NCBI GenBank assembly: GCA_039028615.1
Contig: JBCCHT010000020.1
Location: 64,001 to 128,000 of the forward strand
Source: Myxococcota bacterium
Lineage (GTDB): Bacteria; Myxococcota_A; Polyangia; Nannocystales; Nannocystaceae
Length of the DNA stretch: 64,000 bases
Direction of reading: 5' to 3'
Shown here one piece after another: positions 36,970 to 45,629 of this stretch. The position numbers and the translations under genes were made by a program. Each line of letters begins with the position of its first letter. Position 1 is the first letter of the stretch. The notes under the pieces were generated by a model, which saw only the letters and a program-made list of their open reading frames with translations, had not been told where the DNA came from and searched no databases.

Positions 36970-38460
36970 ATGGCCAGCGACAGCACCGTACTCCTCCACT
37001 TCGGTCGACATGCGATCCGCCCCACGGAGATCGTCTCCCTGGCGGACGGACGAATGCGTGCGGTCATCGAGACCGACGAGGGGTATCGAAGCCGGCTGAC
37101 GCGTGGCGCCGAGGTCGTTCGGCAGCGGCTGGACGCGGGCAACCCGGTGGTCGATCAGCTCGATGGCCATCAATCGGGACCCCCGGATGCCATCGGCTTG
37201 GTGCGGCGCTACGGCACGGCCACCGACGGCCTGCTGCGCGACCGTGAGTCCGCGGCCGTCATCGCGGCGCGGCTGTCCGTGCTCTCGCGCGGCTACTCGG
37301 GGGTGCGGGTCGAGGTGCTCGAGCTGATGTGCGAGCTGCTCAACCGCCGCGTGCTCCCGCAGATCCCCGCCAGCACTCCGGGCTCGAGCGACGGCGGGCT
37401 CATCCCGATGTCTCACCTCGCCGCCGCCCTCACCGGGCAGCGCGAGGTCAGCTACCACGGCCGGGTGGTGCTCGCGAGCGAGGCCTTGCGAGCGGCTCGC
37501 CTCAGCCCGGTGGAGCTACGCCCCAAAGAAGCGCTCGCGATCATGAGCGGCACGTCCATGGCCGCCGGACTCGGGTGTCTCGCCTGGGAACGCGCCCGTC
37601 GCTTGGTTCGCTTCGCCACCGCCCTGACCGCGATGGCGCACGACGTCATCGGTGGCAACCCCTCGCACTTCGATCCGCGGCTCGACGAGCTCAAGCCTCA
37701 TGCAGGGGCCCGCACCGTCGCCCGGTGGATCCGCGAGGACATCGAGTTCGACGGCCGCACCGACGGCCAAGGCCCGGACCCCGGCGTGGTTCGCTGCTCG
37801 ACCCAGGTGCTGGGCGTGCTGGTCGACTCGGCTCGGAACGCGGAAAAAGCACTGGAGATCGAGCTGTCCTCGGTCAGCGATGCCCCCGTCGTCGACCCCG
37901 AGACGGGCGACGTGCTGGTCGGCGGCAGCAGCTACGGCGCCCACGTGGCCTCGGTGCTCGATGGCCTCAAGAGCGCCGTCGCAGCCATGGTCGGGCTGCT
38001 CGAGCGCCTGCTGGCCCTGGTGTGCGATCCCGAGGTCAACGGCGGGCTCCCCCGTGACCTCGTCGCCAACCCCAAGGTCGGCCGATATGGGTTCCGACCC
38101 ATGCGCGCGACGGTGGCCGGGCTCGCCGCCCAAGAGCGCAAGCACGCCCTGCCGAGCACCGGGTTCTTCACCGCGCTGGGCACCGAGCACGACATGCCCT
38201 GCCCCGCGCAGTTGTCCGCCATCGACTGCCTGCGAGCGCTGTCCGTCGCCGAGACGGTGGCCGCCATCGTGGCGCTCGGCATGTGTCAGGGCGTCGACCT
38301 CCGCGACGGTCGGGGCTGCCATCGCCGCGCGAGCTCGATCTACGGGGCCGTTCGACAGCTGGTGCCGCGGCTGACCCAAGACCGCGCGCAGGACCACGAT
38401 GTGGTCACGGTGCTCGAGCTGTTCCGGGCCGGGCTGCTGCCGCTGGGCAACCTCTCCTGA
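36970..38460 (+). CDS. Aromatic amino acid ammonia-lyase (HAL/PAL) homolog with degenerate active site
   Basis: SRGYSGVR; LRPKEALAI; KPHAG; RC..QVLG; NGGLP; CQGVDLR; canonical ASG MIO motif absent. Confidence 0.85.
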   Translation: MASDSTVLLHFGRHAIRPTEIVSLADGRMRAVIETDEGYRSRLTRGAEVVRQRLDAGNPVVDQLDGHQSGPPDAIGLVRRYGTATDGLLRDRESAAVIAARLSVLSRGYSGVRVEVLELMCELLNRRVLPQIPASTPGSSDGGLIPMSHLAAALTGQREVSYHGRVVLASEALRAARLSPVELRPKEALAIMSGTSMAAGLGCLAWERARRLVRFATALTAMAHDVIGGNPSHFDPRLDELKPHAGARTVARWIREDIEFDGRTDGQGPDPGVVRCSTQVLGVLVDSARNAEKALEIELSSVSDAPVVDPETGDVLVGGSSYGAHVASVLDGLKSAVAAMVGLLERLLALVCDPEVNGGLPRDLVANPKVGRYGFRPMRATVAGLAAQERKHALPSTGFFTALGTEHDMPCPAQLSAIDCLRALSVAETVAAIVALGMCQGVDLRDGRGCHRRASSIYGAVRQLVPRLTQDRAQDHDVVTVLELFRAGLLPLGNLS

Positions 38461-38553
38461 AGGCACCTGGGTCCATGCGTCGAGTGGTCGCTTCGCCGCG
38501 GTCAACGGTGTGGTGCGACCGCCGAGCGTCGCTACGCTTCGAATCGCTCCGCC

Positions 38554-39474
38554 ATGCCGCTTCGCAACGCTTCGATCTGCCGCGCCTCGTCCTTCCTCGC
38601 CCTGTCGCTGGTGGCCGCCACGGCCTGCCGTAGCCCCGATTCGTCGACCGATCCGGGGCAGAGCGACGACGCGGCCGACGGCAACGGCAGCGCCCCCATC
38701 GTGTACGACGACTGCGTGCTCTCGTCCGGCAACGGCACCGTGCCCGAGCAGCTCCACACCCGCGGAAGCGTGAGCACCACGAGCGACTGGGGCCGCTTCA
38801 CCAAGTCCCTCGAGGTCTACGGCATCACGCTCGTGGCCAAGGACGACGTATCCGATGCGTTCCTCGAGGCGGTGGCGACCAGCATCGTCGAGCTGTTCCC
38901 GCAGACGGTGCCGTCGCCCGAGGAACAGGCCGAGATCCTGCGCAACCTGTACCGCTACCGGGCCGTCATCCCCGTGTTCGCGGGGGGTGAGCGGGGCATC
39001 GACGAAGCCGCGATCGAGTCCATCCAGGGCACGGCGAGCGTCTGCGACATCATCATGCTCGACGTCCCCGAGCGGCAGGCGATGGAGGTCATCGAGCACG
39101 TGCTGCACATCGTGTCCGACGTGGGCTTGCACCACGCGTATCCCGAGCGCTGGGGCATGACCAGCGGCTCGGAGCTGTTCGCCTCGCGCAACGCCGCCCG
39201 GGACGAGGGCGCCTACGACACGTCGTCGTATGGCGACATCGACGAGGCTCCCATCCGCGAGCGTGTCGAGCTCCAGGAGTATGCGTACTGGGTGATCACC
39301 ACGTACTGGGATCTGCAGAGCGGCTACGGGCCCAACGAGCGAGAATGGACCGCACGCACGCCCGCCCAGCTCGAGCAACGGGTGCCCAGCGCCTACTCGC
39401 TGGTGGAGGCGACGGTGGGTCGCACCATGGCCGCGCCATCCACCGCGACCATGGATACGCTCGACGCCTGGTAA
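38554..39474 (+). CDS. Lipoprotein with zincin-like domain carrying EHxxH
   Basis: Lipobox ATAC; MEVIEHVLHIV; QEYAYW; aligns by eye with 22027..23010. Confidence 0.7.
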   Translation: MPLRNASICRASSFLALSLVAATACRSPDSSTDPGQSDDAADGNGSAPIVYDDCVLSSGNGTVPEQLHTRGSVSTTSDWGRFTKSLEVYGITLVAKDDVSDAFLEAVATSIVELFPQTVPSPEEQAEILRNLYRYRAVIPVFAGGERGIDEAAIESIQGTASVCDIIMLDVPERQAMEVIEHVLHIVSDVGLHHAYPERWGMTSGSELFASRNAARDEGAYDTSSYGDIDEAPIRERVELQEYAYWVITTYWDLQSGYGPNEREWTARTPAQLEQRVPSAYSLVEATVGRTMAAPSTATMDTLDAW

Positions 39475-40542
39475 TCAGCGAGGCCACGCCACGGGCGAGC
39501 TGCACAGGGAGATCCCGCCCACATGAGGGTCTTCGAAGCGGACGTCCTGGACGGTACCGTCGGCGGCCAGCGTCACCCACTCGCTGCCCACCACGATGCG
39601 CGGCCCCTGCGGTGACAGGGCCACCGCCACGGGGTACCGAGGTCGCACGAGCGCCTGCTCGTTCGGCACGACGGCCTCGACCTCGCCGTCGGCCGAGAGG
39701 GTCCAGAGCATGGAGGCAGAATCGCAGCCCAGGGTGCCCACCGCGGCGATGGTCGAGCCGTCCGGGGAGATGGCCACGCTGGTGAACGGAGCGTCGGGCT
39801 TCACGCCCGGCAACGCCTCGGGGCGCCCCGCGATCCAGCGATGAGCCGTCGGTCGGCCCTGCCGCTCGATACCCGCACTCACCCACTGCCCCTCGGGTCG
39901 CACCGCCAGCGCCTGCACGATGACCTGATGCCCCTCGAAGGGCCCGTCCGTCTGCCCGGTGGCGAGGTCGACCCGCCACAGCCGATCGCCGCCGCCTTCG
40001 GCCAGCGTCGAGCTGGCCACCACGACCTCGCGAGCATCCGGGCCGAACGCGACCGCGGTGAGCGTGGGCTCGAAGCGTTGTCGCAGGCGGGGCCGAAGGT
40101 GCTCCATTTCGTAGATCTCGAGCCGCTCCGCGCCAAAGACCGCCACGTGGGAGCCATCGGCCGACAGCGTCACCCCATCGCAGGCCTTCACCGTTCGAGC
40201 CTGGTGGCGCCCCTCGGACAGCACCCATCGCTCGAGCCGACACCGACGTCGCGCACCCGATGGCCGCACCACCGCGGCGAGCCTCTGCCCCTGGCCGTCG
40301 AGGGCCACCGCCACCACCGTTCCGTCGAGCTCGGCGAGCGGGATCCGGCCGATCGGGGTGTGCTGCCATAGCTCGAGGCCACCCTTCCCATCGACCGCGG
40401 TCCGGGCCAGCCGCGACCCGTCACCGCTGAGGCGGGGGCTCACCACGGGCACCGGGCCTGTGCTCCTGCGCGCGCAACCGAGGCTCCCCGCCCCCGAGGT
40501 GAGCACGGCCAGGCCGACAACCGCGAGCGACGAGCCATTCAT
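39475..40542 (-). CDS. WD40-like beta-propeller lipoprotein
   Basis: Lipobox SLGC; AVAFGPD, GHQVIVQALAVRPEG, SVAISPDG, VALSPQG blades. Confidence 0.75.
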   Translation of the reverse strand: MNGSSLAVVGLAVLTSGAGSLGCARRSTGPVPVVSPRLSGDGSRLARTAVDGKGGLELWQHTPIGRIPLAELDGTVVAVALDGQGQRLAAVVRPSGARRRCRLERWVLSEGRHQARTVKACDGVTLSADGSHVAVFGAERLEIYEMEHLRPRLRQRFEPTLTAVAFGPDAREVVVASSTLAEGGGDRLWRVDLATGQTDGPFEGHQVIVQALAVRPEGQWVSAGIERQGRPTAHRWIAGRPEALPGVKPDAPFTSVAISPDGSTIAAVGTLGCDSASMLWTLSADGEVEAVVPNEQALVRPRYPVAVALSPQGPRIVVGSEWVTLAADGTVQDVRFEDPHVGGISLCSSPVAWPR

Positions 40543-40801
40543 CGACGGTGAGGGATCATCGCATACCCCTGTTCGCGCCCGCCGAGGGCCAGGGGGCGGA
40601 CGCGTCGGGCCCCACGGACGACGGCGTGTGACCCCGCTCGCGTGGGCCCATGACCGGCCCCGCTGCCGAGCTGGGAGCACCGAAGCGCCCCTGCGCTGCT
40701 AGAGCCATCAATGGCGCCAGATCGACGCAGAACGACCGATATCGTCCGAGGGCCGAACTCCACGTGGAGCCGAGCCCTTCGGCCTGCTAGCTTCGTCGGT
40801 C

Positions 40802-42484
40802 GTGAACGGGATTCGTCGTCGATACGGATGGGTGACCGCGCTGGCGCTATTGACCGCAGCGTGCGCAAGCGATCCTCCCGACCTCACCACCGCCATGATC
40901 GGGCCCGAGGGTGGGCTGGTGACCTCGCGCGACGGCGTGCTGACCCTGGTCTTCCACCCGGGTGCGCTGACCAGCGAGACCGAGATCCAGATCTTCCCGA
41001 GCGACGCCCCGCCGGTCGTCTTCGGCCCCGCCTATCGCGTCAAGCCGGACATCGAGCTGATGATCGACGTCGAGGTCGGCTACCAGCGGCTGCTGCCCAA
41101 CGATCCCTCCACCGCGGCCGTCTCGGCCATTCGCCTCGAGGACTACAGCAACGAGGAAGGGCACTGGGTCGCCCTGCCGCGGCTGTCCCTGCACGAGGAA
41201 CAGCAGCTCATTCGGGCCTACGACTCTCAGCTGTCGCTGTACTACGGCATGGTCGATCGCGGCGGCGGCTCGGCGACCAGCAACGGAGTCGACACCGGAG
41301 ACTCGCTCGGGGGCACCGACGACAACGGGGTAACGGGCGACCTGACCGGCGACGAGTCGGACACCGACGGGGCCACCAGCGACCCCACGGCCACCGACGC
41401 CACCGATACCGAGACCGTCGACCCGGGCTGTAGCGACGGCAACGTCGACGAGGGCGAGATCTGCTTCATCGCCATGGACTTCCCCATCAGCGGCGGTCCG
41501 GTCGACGTCACCGTCGGCGACTTCGACAACGACGGCTCGCTCGACCTGGCCACCGCCAACGGGGACGGCACCTTCAGCGTGCGCCTCGGCGACGGGGCGG
41601 GTGGCTTCGCCTCCGAGCTGAACGTGGCCGCGGGCAACGGCCCGGCCGGCATCGACGCGGGCGACCTCGATCAAGCCATGGGCGACGACCTGGTGATCGC
41701 CCTGTCGGGCAGCAACCAGATGCTCCTGCTGCAGTCGCAAGGCAACGGGACCTTCGGCGAGAACCTCATCGCGCTGTCGGGCACCACGCCCACCGAGGTG
41801 CTGGTCGACGACTTCACCGCCGACACCATCCCCGACATCCTCATCAGCAACGCGGGCAGCAACAACGTCTCCTACTTCACCTTCAACGGTGGGCTGGGGG
41901 CCGAGGCGCTCTACACCACGGGCCCGGTCGCCGCTCCCGTCGGCCTGTCGCGAGGTCAGTACAACTTCACGGGCAACCAGGACATCGACGCCTTCGCCTA
42001 CGGCGGCGGGGCCTATGCCATCCTGCCCGGCAACGGCATGGGCCTGGGCAACTCCCCCCTCGAGGGGAACGTCGGCACCGACCTGCGCCGCGCCGTCGGG
42101 GGTGACTTCGGGGGAGCCGAGGCCGGAGACGCCGCGGTGGCCGACTTCGGCATGGGCGGCGTGCACGTGCTGCTCGGCGATGGCCAGCCCAACGGCTTCG
42201 CTGGCATGAGCTTCTATCCCACCGGGACCGGCACGGTCGACGTCGCGGCCGGCGACTTCAACGGCGACGGCGACATCGACTTCGTGGCGGCCAATAGTGG
42301 CGACGACAACGTCACCCTGCTGGCCAAGACCGGCGGCAGTGCGTGGGACGAATCCACCGACTTCGACGCTGGCAGCGGGCCCTCGGGTGTCGTGGCCGGC
42401 GACCTCAACGGCGACGGCGTCGACGACATCGTGGTCTCCAACCAAGCGGGCAACAGCGTCACGGTTCTGGTCTCGGATCCATGA
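40802..42484 (+). CDS. Lipoprotein: ZU5-like domain + FG-GAP/VCBS repeats
   Basis: Lipobox TAAC; IGPEGGLV...FHPGAL; GDFDNDGSLDLA, GDFNGDGDIDF, GDLNGDGVDDI. Confidence 0.88.
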   Translation: MNGIRRRYGWVTALALLTAACASDPPDLTTAMIGPEGGLVTSRDGVLTLVFHPGALTSETEIQIFPSDAPPVVFGPAYRVKPDIELMIDVEVGYQRLLPNDPSTAAVSAIRLEDYSNEEGHWVALPRLSLHEEQQLIRAYDSQLSLYYGMVDRGGGSATSNGVDTGDSLGGTDDNGVTGDLTGDESDTDGATSDPTATDATDTETVDPGCSDGNVDEGEICFIAMDFPISGGPVDVTVGDFDNDGSLDLATANGDGTFSVRLGDGAGGFASELNVAAGNGPAGIDAGDLDQAMGDDLVIALSGSNQMLLLQSQGNGTFGENLIALSGTTPTEVLVDDFTADTIPDILISNAGSNNVSYFTFNGGLGAEALYTTGPVAAPVGLSRGQYNFTGNQDIDAFAYGGGAYAILPGNGMGLGNSPLEGNVGTDLRRAVGGDFGGAEAGDAAVADFGMGGVHVLLGDGQPNGFAGMSFYPTGTGTVDVAAGDFNGDGDIDFVAANSGDDNVTLLAKTGGSAWDESTDFDAGSGPSGVVAGDLNGDGVDDIVVSNQAGNSVTVLVSDP

Positions 42485-43974
42485 TCGAACGGTGGTCGGT
42501 GCTGCTGGCGGCGGGCCTTTGTCTGGCCTGCCCCATCGACAGCGGGCCCGGGGTCGAGGCCCCGCCGTCGCCCCCCAGCGCCGACGTGAGCCCGGCCCCA
42601 CGCGCCGAGGAACCGACTCCCCCCGCCGCACCTCGTGATCCACCGCGCCTGCTGACCGACCCCGGCTCTGGCGTCCGCATCGTGTGGTCGGGCGCCGCGG
42701 CCAGCACTGCCGTGGCCGGACCCGACCTCATCGTCCTCGAGCCCGACGGTCGGCACATCAACGCCGTCGACTGGCGCGACGGCGAGGCCCGCTGGCGCAT
42801 CCAGGTCCCCACCTCGGGCTCGGCCCGGCTCTACGGGCTCGGCGATCGGGTGCTGTTGCACGACCGCGATCGGGCGACCGTCATCGAAGCCGACCGCGGG
42901 CGCGTGCTCGGTCGCCACCCCGCCCCCCTCGACGATCGCTGGCCCCACAACCACGGCGTCGTGCGCCGCAAGGACGCCTGCGCCTGGGTCAGCCCCTGCG
43001 GCATCCGAGCCTTCGACTGCGAGACCGGGGCCCCGCACGGGCGCTACTTCGCATCGATCGAGCGCGCCGACTCGGACGAGGGCGGCGAAGCGGGACAGGC
43101 GGAGACCTCCTGCAGCCCCACGCCACAGCTGCTCGGGCGTCACGAGGACGTGACCGTGTTCATCGCGGCCCTACCCCGCACCGACGAGACGGGGCGCCCC
43201 GCCGGCTCCGCTCCTTCGCTGGTGGGCCTGGCCGACGACTCCGAAGAGCCCCTGTGGTCCGTCCCGCTCCGCTCCGCCCGCATCGTCGCCGGGCTCACCG
43301 ACGACGGCGGATGCTTCAGCCTCGACGAAGACGCCCCCGCCCTGCGGATGTACGAGTGCGCCACCGGGGAGGTGCGCTGGGATCGACCGCTCGGGCCGGG
43401 ACGACTGGAGCTGCACCCCATCGAGGACGAGGTCGTCGTCGCTCGATACCAAGGGCGTCGCTGGAGGCTGCACGCTTATGCGACCGCGGACGGTCAGTCC
43501 GCGTGGAGCACCCGCCTGTCGAAGCGTCAGTACCCCGTGCTGCCCGGCTCACCGATTCCCGACGCCCACACCACCGGTCGGCGGCGGGTCTACGCGCTCA
43601 TCGATCCCCAGCGAGGCCGCGTCGCGGGTGAGCTCGTGGCCGGGCGGGATGAAGAGCTGTGGCGGGACCCGAACGGTGGCTTCGTGCTCGCCGGGCGAGA
43701 GCTGCGGGAGCTGGGGGCCAACGGGCGAATCGTGCGGCAGCAGCCGTTTACGGGCACCGGAGTGCAGAGCGTGCTCGCGGGGCACCTGGTAACGCTCGAA
43801 GGGGAGGCTATCGAGATCTACGATCGCGAGCAGCTGCGGGAGCGCGCGCGGGTGGAAGGGCGAATGAGCCTCGAGGCCTCGGCGGCGCTGCCGGATGATC
43901 GCCGGTTGTTGCGACGGCAAGGCGATGATGGCGTGGCGCTGGTGCTGGGCTTCGAGACACCAGGGCGACGGTAG
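42481..43974 (+). CDS. PQQ-like (BamB-type) beta-propeller lipoprotein
   Basis: ATGA coupling to the previous gene; lipobox CLAC; AVDWRDGEARW, ATGEVRW, TADGQSAW. Confidence 0.75.
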   Translation: MIERWSVLLAAGLCLACPIDSGPGVEAPPSPPSADVSPAPRAEEPTPPAAPRDPPRLLTDPGSGVRIVWSGAAASTAVAGPDLIVLEPDGRHINAVDWRDGEARWRIQVPTSGSARLYGLGDRVLLHDRDRATVIEADRGRVLGRHPAPLDDRWPHNHGVVRRKDACAWVSPCGIRAFDCETGAPHGRYFASIERADSDEGGEAGQAETSCSPTPQLLGRHEDVTVFIAALPRTDETGRPAGSAPSLVGLADDSEEPLWSVPLRSARIVAGLTDDGGCFSLDEDAPALRMYECATGEVRWDRPLGPGRLELHPIEDEVVVARYQGRRWRLHAYATADGQSAWSTRLSKRQYPVLPGSPIPDAHTTGRRRVYALIDPQRGRVAGELVAGRDEELWRDPNGGFVLAGRELRELGANGRIVRQQPFTGTGVQSVLAGHLVTLEGEAIEIYDREQLRERARVEGRMSLEASAALPDDRRLLRRQGDDGVALVLGFETPGRR

Positions 43975-44047
43975 AGCCGATCGCCCAAAGGGGCGTGTCC
44001 GCTTCGTGGCGTGCGGAGCATGACCGCGGCGGGCTAGAGTCGAACAG

Positions 44048-44443
44048 ATGAAGCCGCAGGACGACGGACCAAGGACGAACGGGCGCGTCGCGGACACGGT
44101 CGAAGACTGGGTCGATGGCCTGAGCGATCGAACGCGCGGCCAGGTCCTCGCGGCGGGCGGGGCCGCGGGATTGGCCGCCGTCTATCTGCTGTGGTCGTAC
44201 GGAATCGGGTTCGGCACCAACGGCGAGATCATCTCGAAGGAGCAGGTCGGGCTCGGGGCGTTTCTGGCCGCGTTGATGGTCTACGGCACGTCGCTACTCG
44301 TAGCGCCGGTCATGGCCGAGCCGGATCCGAGCCAACCAATGGCAGGCGCACTGCTCGAGGAACGACGCCGCGCCCTTTGGATCCGACGCCTGGTGGCGGG
44401 CGCCCTCGGCTTGGTGATCGGCTTCCTGCTCTTTCGGGGCTAG
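44048..44443 (+). CDS. Small hypothetical membrane protein
   Basis: Three TM segments in 131 aa. Confidence 0.65.
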   Translation: MKPQDDGPRTNGRVADTVEDWVDGLSDRTRGQVLAAGGAAGLAAVYLLWSYGIGFGTNGEIISKEQVGLGAFLAALMVYGTSLLVAPVMAEPDPSQPMAGALLEERRRALWIRRLVAGALGLVIGFLLFRG

Positions 44444-44733
44444 CCACCGTTCAGTCGCCACAGCACGTCGGCGACGACGAGCCACAGGCCCATGCCGATC
44501 CAGGTCACGCAGCAGACCCAGAACAACACTGCATCTTCCGTGCGCGACAAGTTCTGGACGATGTAGGTCTCGCCCGCGCGGATGCCATCGACGGCCCAGA
44601 AGATGAACAGCAGGCCCCAGACCGAATAGAGGTTGAAGACGGTGGCGGCCACCAACAGCGCCAGGACGACGACGGTGGGCCACTTGCCCCGACGGGGCGG
44701 GGCCGGAGCGGGAGTGCTGGATTCGCTGGTCAT
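44440..44733 (-). CDS. Small membrane protein, last gene of the graspetide operon
   Basis: ATG overlaps the ATP-grasp stop (ATGA); 2-3 TMs; WGLLFIFW...IRAGETY...R.EDAVLFW. Confidence 0.7.
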   Translation of the reverse strand: MTSESSTPAPAPPRRGKWPTVVVLALLVAATVFNLYSVWGLLFIFWAVDGIRAGETYIVQNLSRTEDAVLFWVCCVTWIGMGLWLVVADVLWRLNGG

Positions 44734-45629
44734 GCGCCGAGCCAGTCGAGCATGGCGTCACCGAGGCGCCCTTGGCAAACCCGGTCGAAGGCGACGAACA
44801 TCGGGGCGCTGTTGATCTCGAGGAAGGTCAGCGCTCCGCTGGCAGGGTTGGTCTTGAAGTCGGCGGCGGCGAAGTCCAGGCCGAGTTGCTCGGCGAGGGC
44901 GAGCAGGGCGTGCCCGATCGGAGCGGGCAGCGCCTCGAACGGCTCGACGCGCGTGTCGGCGGAGGCGCGGTAGTCGAGCTCGTCGGAGATCACCCGAAAG
45001 GCAAAGAGACGGCGACCGACGACGTAGACGCGGACCTCGGGCGGGACCAACCGTTGCTGGACGATGGCCGGCGCCGCAGCGACGCCGTCGTGTGCGTCGG
45101 TCTGCGCGAGGGCTTCGTCGAGCGGCCGGCACAGCGCACCGCCATCGATCGGCTTGACCACCCGCGGCCAGTCGGCGCCTTCCCGCAGCGCTCGCACGTC
45201 ATTGGTGAAGGCGGTGGCGGGCACATCGAGGCCCAGCGCCTTCGCCCGATGGAGCGCGAGGGGTTTGTTGGCTCCGTATTGCCGCGAGCGACGATTGAAG
45301 AACTTCACCGCGTCATGGGCGAGAGCCCAGCCGGAAACCAGCGTGTACCAAGCCATGGCCCGCTTGCCGACCGCAGGCCGGGGGTCGGCCATCGCGGCGA
45401 AGACGTCGTGACGCAGGAAGATGGCGGAGGGTGCAAGCGGCTGTCCGTCGAGGAGCAGGGCGTCGCCCTCGAGATCCCAACGCACGGCCGGGTCGTGCCC
45501 GGGTCCGACCCGCAGCGAGCGAAGCGTCAGGCCGCGCTCGCGAGCGCGCTGCTCGAGGCATCCGAGGTTCGGGTCGGCCGATCCTCCGGCCACGAGCAGG
45601 CAGGGCTCAGTATCCGCCGAAGGGTCCAC
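44730..45629 (-). CDS. ATP-grasp ligase, putative graspetide (omega-ester) synthetase, PsnB-like
   Basis: NKPLAL..AKALGLDVP.T..TND; VVKPIDGG; IVQQRL; EVRVYVVG; LDYR; LGLDFAAADF; FLEINSAPMF; overlaps the precursor gene's 3' end. Confidence 0.88.
   Translation of the reverse strand: MDPSADTEPCLLVAGGSADPNLGCLEQRARERGLTLRSLRVGPGHDPAVRWDLEGDALLLDGQPLAPSAIFLRHDVFAAMADPRPAVGKRAMAWYTLVSGWALAHDAVKFFNRRSRQYGANKPLALHRAKALGLDVPATAFTNDVRALREGADWPRVVKPIDGGALCRPLDEALAQTDAHDGVAAAPAIVQQRLVPPEVRVYVVGRRLFAFRVISDELDYRASADTRVEPFEALPAPIGHALLALAEQLGLDFAAADFKTNPASGALTFLEINSAPMFVAFDRVCQGRLGDAMLDWLGA

Noticed and set aside
36970..38460. Naming the gene hutH
   Set aside because: MIO motif and catalytic Tyr are missing and no hut genes are nearby.
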